A stretch of DNA of 32,000 nucleotides, taken from the sequence record NC_048774.1, one strand, 5' to 3'. The translations under genes and the position numbers were made by a program. Position 1 is the first letter of the stretch; each line of letters begins with the position of its first letter. The DNA is from Aeromonas phage LAh_6. Below, piece after piece: positions 17,939 through 22,537 of this stretch. The notes beneath the pieces are model-generated. The model made no database searches. It saw only the letters and a list, made by a program, of their open reading frames with translations, and was not told where the DNA came from.

Positions 17939-18014
17939 TGGTGCCCCAAGTAGGTTTCGAACCCACGACCTGCTCATTACAAGTGAGCTGCTCTGCCAAC
18001 TGAGCTATTGAGGC
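17939..18014 (-). tRNA. tRNA-Thr(TGT)
   Basis: Hand-folded cloverleaf. AC arm GCTCA-CTTGTAA-TGAGC, T loop TTCGAAA, CCA encoded. Confidence 0.85.
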
Positions 18015-18015
18015 T

Positions 18016-18091
18016 TGGTACGCCGTACTGGTTTCGAACCAGTGACCCTCGGATTAAAAGTCCGATGCTCTACCAACTAAGCTAACGACGC
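18016..18091 (-). tRNA. tRNA-Lys(TTT)
   Basis: AC arm TCGGA-CTTTTAA-TCCGA. G1-U72 wobble. CCA encoded. Confidence 0.85.
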
Positions 18092-18092
18092 A

Positions 18093-18212
18093 TTAATACA
18101 TAAAATTCATCATAACACCAAACAACCATAGATATCCTTTTACTAAAGGAACCCCTATAACAATTGCTGCTGGTACTACGACTAATAAAGTTATTGCAAG
18201 ATCTTTTAACAT
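18093..18212 (-). CDS. possible 39-aa hydrophobic peptide inside the tRNA array (not in track)
   Basis: MLKDLAITLLVVVPAAIVIGVPLVKGYLWLFGVMMNFMY. It fills the tRNA-Arg to tRNA-Lys gap almost exactly. The SD is only weak (AGG). Confidence 0.3.
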   Translation of the reverse strand: MLKDLAITLLVVVPAAIVIGVPLVKGYLWLFGVMMNFMY

Positions 18213-18228
18213 AAAAGAACCTATAAAT

Positions 18229-18304
18229 TGGCACTCCCTGTAGGATTCGAACCTACGTTAATCGGTTTAGAAGACCGATGCCTGATCCACTAGACTAAGG
18301 GAGC
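18229..18304 (-). tRNA. tRNA-Arg(TCT)
   Basis: AC arm TCGGT-CTTCTAA-ACCGA. G1-U72 wobble. CCA encoded. Confidence 0.85.
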
Positions 18305-18311
18305 TTAAAAT

Positions 18312-18387
18312 TGGAAGGGGTATCCAGACTTGAACTGGAACTGAGAGAGTCAAAGTCTCTAGTGCTAACCAATTACACTATACCCCA
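18312..18387 (-). tRNA. tRNA-Gln(TTG)
   Basis: AC arm AGAGA-CTTTGAC-TCTCT. It starts UGGGGUA like E. coli tRNA-Gln. Positions 1-72 are U-U, unpaired. Confidence 0.8.
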
Positions 18388-18427
18388 ATTGAATTGCTGA
18401 AAGCAATAGTTATTTGCTTTACAAATT
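18388..18427 (-). repeat. conserved hairpin spacer, copy 1
   Basis: Minus strand: AATTTGTAAAGCAAATAACTATTGCTTTCAGCAATTCAATT. Stem AAAGCAA/TTGCTTT. Nearly identical to copy 2 at 19501-19538. Confidence 0.7.
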
Positions 18428-18504
18428 TGGTGCGATAGGTGGGAGTCGAACCCACAGAACCTTGCTTCTAAGGCAAGTACGTATGCCTATTCCGTCACAA
18501 TCGC
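18428..18504 (-). tRNA. tRNA with anticodon TAG (Leu by anticodon) but class-I architecture
   Basis: AC arm CTTGC-CTTAGAA-GCAAG. 5-nt variable loop GTTCT. 3-bp D stem. A73. CCA encoded. Confidence 0.7.
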
Positions 18505-18624
18505 ATAATTTAAACAGAATCCTTTTAACATCCTTCAATGATAATTTTACCTATCACCAGATGAGCCCTATTATATACATTATTTAAGAGTAATTTTGGG
18601 TGTTGCTGAACGGATTCTTAATTC

Positions 18625-18708
18625 TGGTACAGGTAGTCGGACTCGAACCGACATGCCAGAGGCGGAAGATTTTAAGTCTTCTGTGTATACCGATTTCACC
18701 ATACCTGC
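18625..18708 (-). tRNA. tRNA-Leu(TAA)
   Basis: AC arm GAAGA-CTTAAAA-TCTTC. 12-nt variable arm (class II). CCA encoded. Confidence 0.85.
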
Positions 18709-18717
18709 ATTTAATTT

Positions 18718-18810
18718 TTATTTACACAAGAAACCACAGTAGCAATCATCATAATCATTGCCACATACGTTGCAAGTGTAAGGGTATCTCTTTACTCTGA
18801 CAATCTTCAT
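18718..18810 (-). CDS. 30-aa Cys-rich mini-protein inside the tRNA array (not in track)
   Basis: MKIVRVKRYPYTCNVCGNDYDDCYCGFLCK. GGAGG SD 4 nt upstream. Its ATG overlaps the TGA of the upstream mini-ORF (ATGA). Confidence 0.45.
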   Translation of the reverse strand: MKIVRVKRYPYTCNVCGNDYDDCYCGFLCK

Positions 18811-18980
18811 GATGCCTCCATTTGGTCTACAATTTCTTTCTTGTACTGAGTTTTTTCTCTAGCTCTAGAAAAGAAGTCATGGTGGAACTCATTAACTATT
18901 CCACATTTACGACCATGGATAGGGCAGACTTCAAAAGTTTTCTTGTCAAACTTCTTTTTATTACGAAGCAATTTTTCCAT
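18807..18980 (-). CDS. 57-aa basic mini-protein inside the tRNA array (not in track)
   Basis: MEKLLRNKKKFDKKTFEVCPIHGRKCGIVNEFHHDFFSRAREKTQYKKEIVDQMEAS. Coupled to the downstream Cys-rich ORF. Weak SD. Confidence 0.45.
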   Translation of the reverse strand: MEKLLRNKKKFDKKTFEVCPIHGRKCGIVNEFHHDFFSRAREKTQYKKEIVDQMEAS

Positions 18981-18995
18981 GACTATTCTCTTATT

Positions 18996-19080
18996 TGGCG
19001 GAAGATAGGTGGGTCGAACACCTAAGACCTTTCGGACTACAGATTAGCAATCTGCTGCAATACCATTATGCGAATCTTCC
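18996..19080 (-). tRNA. tRNA-Ser(GCT)
   Basis: AC loop TTGCTAA. Long variable arm. CCA encoded. Confidence 0.85.
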
Positions 19081-19085
19081 ATATT

Positions 19086-19160
19086 TGGTACTCCTAACGA
19101 GGATCGAACTCGTATTTTCAGATTGAAAGTCTGATGACCTAACCATTAGTCGATAGGAGC
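19086..19160 (-). tRNA. tRNA-Glu(TTC)
   Basis: AC arm TCAGA-CTTTCAA-TCTGA. CCA encoded. Confidence 0.85.
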
Positions 19161-19167
19161 TTAAAAC

Positions 19168-19254
19168 TGGTGGATGTACTAGGAATCGAACCTAGAGGCC
19201 CTGAGAGCACGGTTTTACAGACCGCTGAAGCTAACCACATTGCTCATTACATCC
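19168..19254 (-). tRNA. tRNA-Tyr(GTA)
   Basis: AC arm GCGGT-CTGTAAA-ACCGT. Long variable arm. CCA encoded. Confidence 0.85.
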
Positions 19255-19258
19255 GAAT

Positions 19259-19333
19259 TGGTGGGAATGGTTGGTAACGATCCAACATCTTCTGGGCTTC
19301 AACCAGATACTAATCCATTTCAGCTACATTCCC
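19259..19333 (-). tRNA. tRNA-Phe(GAA)
   Basis: AC arm TCTGG-TTGAAGC-CCAGA. Unusual T loop ATCGTTA. CCA encoded. Confidence 0.75.
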
Positions 19334-19342
19334 TAAATAAGT

Positions 19343-19419
19343 GCCTTAGTGCAGGATTCGAACCTGCCAGGGTCATGACTCCCTATGTTCCATACTGGTA
19401 GCTATCCAGAAACTAAAGC
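19343..19419 (-). ncRNA. atypical tRNA-like element or pseudo-tRNA (CAT in an 8-nt loop, no CCA)
   Basis: Perfect T arm GCAGG-TTCGAAT-CCTGC and a 7-bp acceptor. However, there are 9 extra nt after the D hairpin, the best anticodon stem TAGGG/CCCTG closes an 8-nt loop AGTCATGA, there is no variable loop, and the 3' tail is not CCA. Confidence 0.4.
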
Positions 19420-19425
19420 ATAAAA

Positions 19426-19500
19426 TGGTACTCCGAGATGGGCTTGAACCATCGACCTAACCCTTATCAAGAGTTTGCTCTACCACTGAGCTATCGAAGC
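19426..19500 (-). tRNA. tRNA-Ile(GAT)
   Basis: AC loop TTGATAA. CCA encoded. Confidence 0.85.
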
Positions 19501-19538
19501 ATTAATTGATGAAAGCAATTGATTTTGCTTTGCAAAAT
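19501..19538 (-). repeat. conserved hairpin spacer, copy 2
   Basis: Minus strand: AATTTTGCAAAGCAAAATCAATTGCTTTCATCAATTAAT. Same stem AAAGCAA/TTGCTTT as copy 1. Confidence 0.7.
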
Positions 19539-19609
19539 TGGCACAGATGCAAGGATTCGAACCCTGTTAACTGGTTTTGGAGGCCAGCTTGTCGCCTAGA
19601 CTCACCTGC
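19539..19609 (-). tRNA. tRNA-Trp(CCA)
   Basis: AC arm CTGGC-CTCCAAA-ACCAG (the loop matches E. coli tRNA-Trp). Short D arm. CCA encoded. Confidence 0.8.
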
Positions 19610-19616
19610 ATTAAAT

Positions 19617-19708
19617 TGGCGGAAGCTATCCGATTTGAACGGATGAACCTTTTTAGGGGTTGGTAGTTTTCAAGACTACTGCAATAAGCCGGACTCTGCC
19701 AAGCTTCC
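19617..19708 (-). tRNA. tRNA-Ser(TGA)
   Basis: AC arm GTAGT-CTTGAAA-ACTAC. Long variable arm. CCA encoded. Confidence 0.85.
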
Positions 19709-19714
19709 TTAAAT

Positions 19715-19793
19715 TGGTGGAGGATATGAGATTCGAACTCATCTGCTAACTACATTGCAAGTGTAGTGACCACTCCAAGCAGTCCCATCCCCC
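19715..19793 (-). tRNA. tRNA-Ala(TGC)
   Basis: AC arm CTACA-CTTGCAA-TGTAG. The G3-U70 Ala identity pair is present. 7-nt variable loop. CCA encoded. Confidence 0.75.
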
Positions 19794-19798
19794 ATAAT

Positions 19799-19874
19799 TG
19801 GTTGCGAGTACAGGTATTGCACCTGTCTGTGTGAGCTTATGAGACTCATGAGGGCTCTGTGCCTCCCACTCGCA
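19799..19874 (-). tRNA. tRNA with anticodon CAT (Met or Ile2)
   Basis: AC arm TGAGT-CTCATAA-GCTCA. U1-A72. Non-canonical T loop TGCAATA. The D loop has no GG. CCA encoded. Confidence 0.7.
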
Positions 19875-19882
19875 TTTTAAAT

Positions 19883-19958
19883 TGGCGGTTCCACCGGGCA
19901 TCGAACCCGGTACTCCTCCGTGACAGGGAGGTATCTTATCCATATAAACGATGGAACC
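19883..19958 (-). tRNA. tRNA-Asp(GTC)
   Basis: AC arm CCTCC-CTGTCAC-GGAGG. CCA encoded. Confidence 0.85.
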
Positions 19959-19963
19959 AAAAT

Positions 19964-20068
19964 AGGTGAGTAGGGGGTTGATAGCCCCTTCCTTATTAAA
20001 TTCAAGCGCAGTAAGATTGGAATCTTGGGTCTGATACACTGCATCACTTAATAAGAATCGCTCTACTC
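19964..20068 (-). ncRNA. 105-nt structured tRNA-like RNA of unknown class
   Basis: It occupies a tRNA slot with normal ATTT-type spacers. It has a terminal 6-bp helix GAGTAG/CTACTC next to a GGGG-CTATCAA-CCCC hairpin. A 10-bp helix TTCTTATTAA/TTAATAAGGA leads to GCAGT/ACTGC and AAGAT-TCCA-ATCTT. There is no 7-nt anticodon loop, and the 3' tail is CCT. Confidence 0.4.
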
Positions 20069-20073
20069 GAAAT

Positions 20074-20148
20074 TGGTCTCAGTGGAGTGAATCGAACACT
20101 CGACTTTCTGGCCCCAAACCAGACGACATACCACTTGCCTACACTGAG
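20074..20148 (-). tRNA. tRNA-Pro(TGG)
   Basis: AC arm TCTGG-TTTGGGG-CCAGA. C1-G72 as in bacterial tRNA-Pro. CCA encoded. Confidence 0.85.
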
Positions 20149-20155
20149 AATAAAT

Positions 20156-20229
20156 TGGAGCATCTAGTCAGAATCGAACTGACATCGTAGGTTTGGAAGA
20201 CCTCAATAATACCATTATACGATAGATGC
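20156..20229 (-). tRNA. tRNA-Gly(TCC)
   Basis: AC loop CTTCCAA. CCA encoded. Confidence 0.85.
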
Positions 20230-20232
20230 ATT

Positions 20233-20544
20233 TTAACTATAATGTATTTCTTTATGACAATTCGAACAAACCATAATGCATTTGTCCAATTCATCTTTAA
20301 TTTTATCCCAAGAACGAGTATAACCCTTATCGCCTAAACTAAAGTCTTTTTGTTCAGGGTCTAAGTGGTGGAATTCTAAAGCTCCTATGAACTTATCATA
20401 CCCGCACTTTTCACATTTACCACCTTTATAATCCACAGCCATCTGTTTTATTTTGTATCTACGCTTTTTAACAGCCTCTACCATACAAGATCCACAACGG
20501 CCAGATTTTGTTGGGGTAATCTTTCCATGTTTATTACAGAACAT
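20233..20544 (-). CDS. HNH endonuclease (Zn-ribbon plus HNH) inserted between tRNA-Asn and tRNA-Gly
   Basis: CGSC...CEKCG Zn ribbon, then LEFHHLDP...CSNCHKEIH HNH motif. It starts 15 nt after tRNA-Asn and ends 3 nt before tRNA-Gly. Confidence 0.75.
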   Translation of the reverse strand: MFCNKHGKITPTKSGRCGSCMVEAVKKRRYKIKQMAVDYKGGKCEKCGYDKFIGALEFHHLDPEQKDFSLGDKGYTRSWDKIKDELDKCIMVCSNCHKEIHYS

Positions 20545-20559
20545 TCATTACCTTCAAAT

Positions 20560-20635
20560 TGGCGGGCAAGGAGAGGCTCGAACTCTCTACCATCAGATTA
20601 ACAGTCTGCCGCACATCCATATGTGCTTCTCACCC
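20560..20635 (-). tRNA. tRNA-Asn(GTT)
   Basis: AC loop CTGTTAA. Two G-U pairs in the acceptor. CCA encoded. Confidence 0.8.
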
Positions 20636-20640
20636 AAATT

Positions 20641-20673
20641 ATTCTTTGCTCTAACCAACTGAGCTACATCATC
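20641..20673 (-). pseudogene. truncated tRNA 5' half (acceptor strand, D arm and start of the anticodon stem)
   Basis: Minus strand GATGATG-TA-GCTC-AGTTGGTTA-GAGC-A-AAGAAT then runs straight into the AATTT spacer and tRNA-Asn. No matching 3' half nearby. Confidence 0.6.
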
Positions 20674-20685
20674 ATTAAATTTCTT

Positions 20686-20761
20686 AGGGGTGACAGACGA
20701 GGGTCGAACTCGCGCAAACCAGAATCACAATCTGGGACTCTACCAACTGAGTTACTGTCAC
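20686..20761 (-). tRNA. tRNA-His(GTG) lacking an encoded G-1 and CCA
   Basis: AC arm CCAGA-TTGTGAT-TCTGG. C73 is present, but position -1 is T. The 3' tail is CCT. Leader CTTAGGT pairs with trailer CCCTAAG (one mismatch), extending the acceptor helix to about 14 bp. Confidence 0.75.
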
Positions 20762-20861
20762 ACCTAAGAAATCTAGTGTAGTCTCTCCTACTGCCACACA
20801 ACTGTAGTATGTGTCACTACGCCCTTACGGGGCTATTCGTCGATGCAACGCGACGTTTTCT

Positions 20862-20900
20862 GCTTGTACATTATAATAGTCAGGATACCCAGGATACCTT
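20862..20900 (-). promoter_or_regulatory. candidate promoter or operator upstream of the tRNA array
   Basis: The minus strand reads GGTATCCTG GGTATCCTG ACTAT TATAAT (tandem 9-mer at 20881-20898, TATAAT at 20870-20875). No TTGACA-like -35 at 16-18 nt. Confidence 0.3.
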
Positions 20901-20905
20901 ACATA

Positions 20906-21100
20906 TTATTTCAACTTTTCTTCAAGTTTTTGAAGACGACGTTCCACTAAGAACTCATTCAGTGTGAACGACAGTATCAGTAATACGACTGTTTGAGGTA
21001 TCAGGGTAGGGTTGAAAAAACTGTACACCACCGCAATTACCAGTGCGACGTTAATCAGCATAACTAGCCAGTAGAACAATTTAGAAGCTTTTTCCATCAT
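20906..21100 (-). CDS. holin-like 2-TM membrane protein
   Basis: Two hydrophobic helices plus a charged C-terminal tail ERRLQKLEEKLK. ATGA overlap with the endolysin stop. Confidence 0.5.
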   Translation of the reverse strand: MMEKASKLFYWLVMLINVALVIAVVYSFFNPTLIPQTVVLLILSFTLNEFLVERRLQKLEEKLK

Positions 21101-21558
21101 AGATATACCTTATCCCATTCACCAGTAAGCATTTGATTGGCATGACGATTAGCACGTTCAGGTGTCTGTTTCGCCCATTTGCTGTTTAACATACCAGATT
21201 TAGCATCTGCCCAACGGCTTTCAGCTACAGCTCTCAGAGTATTCTTAAAAGCTGCGAGACCATCAACACCCATTTGATAAGCCATAGATATAAGAACTGC
21301 TTTACGAGCATCATTACAAGCTTTAAGTGCATCGGCGATGTGTTGATACTTTTCCATATCCTTAACAAACTCATCAACAAGTTCATTCAACCATACAGCA
21401 CCAACAGCCTTTGATATTTTAAATTGATAATTACTTAACGGTGCACCCTTTGGCCCAATTTTAAAGCCAAACCCAATTGTAGGATACCCCTCTGTACAGA
21501 AGTATGGCTTTTCACGCCAACCTTCTTCAAGCTCAATTAAATTCACTATAGAAGTCAT
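21097..21558 (-). CDS. endolysin, T4-lysozyme-like (GH24)
   Basis: LIELEEGWREKPYFCTEGYPTIGFGF matches the E...D/C...T lysozyme core. The start is moved to MTSIVNL (AGAGGA SD) rather than the GTG at 21573. Confidence 0.7.
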   Translation of the reverse strand: MTSIVNLIELEEGWREKPYFCTEGYPTIGFGFKIGPKGAPLSNYQFKISKAVGAVWLNELVDEFVKDMEKYQHIADALKACNDARKAVLISMAYQMGVDGLAAFKNTLRAVAESRWADAKSGMLNSKWAKQTPERANRHANQMLTGEWDKVYL

Positions 21559-21676
21559 CAAAATCCTCTTCACGATATATTCTTTTTAAACAATAGGGGC
21601 ACTCTAAGTAACCCCTCCTAACCCTCATTACTTCTTCACACTGAGGACATTCAAAAATCTGCTTCATCACTCCCAT
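21533..21676 (-). CDS. 47-aa zinc-ribbon mini-protein (not in track)
   Basis: MGVMKQIFECPQCEEVMRVRRGYLECPYCLKRIYREEDFDDFYSEFN. AAGGAG lies 7 nt upstream. Its 3' end overlaps the endolysin start. Confidence 0.45.
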   Translation of the reverse strand: MGVMKQIFECPQCEEVMRVRRGYLECPYCLKRIYREEDFDDFYSEFN

Positions 21677-21776
21677 CTTCGTACTCCTTCCAGCGTCTCC
21701 TCATGGATTCCGCTAAACTGATGGGTTCATCTGATGGTTCTTCAAACTTATCACGAGAACTGAATAGCATTGACAT
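21651..21776 (-). CDS. hypothetical 41-aa acidic mini-protein (not in track)
   Basis: MSMLFSSRDKFEEPSDEPISLAESMRRRWKEYEDGSDEADF. AGGTGA upstream. It overlaps the Zn-ribbon ORF. Confidence 0.35.
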   Translation of the reverse strand: MSMLFSSRDKFEEPSDEPISLAESMRRRWKEYEDGSDEADF

Positions 21777-21779
21777 AAA

Positions 21780-21947
21780 TCACCTGTTGTAGAAAAGAAC
21801 GTTGAAATCCTTCTGCATCTTTACAGCCTTAGCTCGTGTTACCTTAAAATGGTTCATTATATTGGAGATCTTTCGTTCATCCTCTTGTTTACGAGCTTTT
21901 GCAATATCATCTGCGGATGGGTAATAGTCATCATAATGATTACTCAT
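21780..21947 (-). CDS. hypothetical protein (track start 21971 is TTG; ATG at 21947 preferred)
   Basis: AAGGA lies 8 nt upstream of ATG MSNHYDD. Confidence 0.45.
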   Translation of the reverse strand: MSNHYDDYYPSADDIAKARKQEDERKISNIMNHFKVTRAKAVKMQKDFNVLFYNR

Positions 21948-22179
21948 ACTCATCTTCCTTATAATTGGCAAAACGCTCTCGAATCTGAGACTCCGTCATC
22001 AACCGTTTGGTTGGTAATGTACCCTCCACCTCAAGTGTACCGTCATCCAAAATATAATCCATACAATCGCACTCATCGTTTAGTTCGTAGTATAGATCTG
22101 CCAGCTCTGCTGTTTCAAAATACAAAATACCGGCAGAACCATCACCGCAATCAAAAATAACATAGGGATATTTATTCAT
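21940..22179 (-). CDS. hypothetical acidic protein
   Basis: Track ORF. No family recognised. Confidence 0.5.
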   Translation of the reverse strand: MNKYPYVIFDCGDGSAGILYFETAELADLYYELNDECDCMDYILDDGTLEVEGTLPTKRLMTESQIRERFANYKEDEYE

Positions 22180-22206
22180 ATAAACTTCTCATAAATGGTT
22201 TACGTT

Positions 22207-22527
22207 TCACAATAAATCGTATTCTTTTACAGTCATCGTAATAGCCCATGAATCTGAGCCAATCCTTCGCCTGTCAAAAGTAACGATCTTATTACCAGAC
22301 GATAAATCTTTTCCATATTCATTCTTCAGCTTTATAGATGCTTCTGAGAAAAGTTCTACCATCCGAAGTCCATAGGTATATTCATTGGTGGTATCAGGTA
22401 TCTTAAAAAAGGCCTGACCCTCCCAATGTGAAGTAGGGATTTTAGCCCCTACTTGAATACAAGACCAAGTGTTGTAGGAATAGTTAGTAGAATGATACCC
22501 ACTATTTATCAAGATATTCGAGCTCAT
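22207..22527 (-). CDS. hypothetical protein
   Basis: Start moved to MSSNILI (GAGG 5 nt upstream), just after the polymerase stop. Confidence 0.5.
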   Translation of the reverse strand: MSSNILINSGYHSTNYSYNTWSCIQVGAKIPTSHWEGQAFFKIPDTTNEYTYGLRMVELFSEASIKLKNEYGKDLSSGNKIVTFDRRRIGSDSWAITMTVKEYDLL

Positions 22528-22537
22528 ACGAACCTCA

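Noticed and set aside
18505-18624. 120-nt ORF-less spacer with a TATAAT box and a 7-bp long-range complement (AGAATCC/GGATTCT)
   Set aside because: There is no acceptable -35 or extended -10 at the correct spacing. The pairing is short enough to be chance in AT-rich sequence. It might still be a processing spacer.
18600-19025. Plus-strand track ORFs 18600..18800 and 18822..19025 (also 20453..20662)
   Set aside because: They are antisense to tRNA genes, to the better-supported minus-strand mini-ORFs, or to the HNH gene. They have no SD, and the whole arm is transcribed on the minus strand.
19746-20039. 97-aa minus-strand track ORF
   Set aside because: It lies across tRNA-Ala, tRNA-CAT, tRNA-Asp and the 105-nt structured RNA. 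Its sequence is just translated tRNA genes.
17939-20761. Suppressor tRNA or tmRNA in the array
   Set aside because: None of the hand-folded cloverleaf tRNAs has anticodon CTA, TTA or TCA. No tmRNA-sized element or tag ORF was seen.
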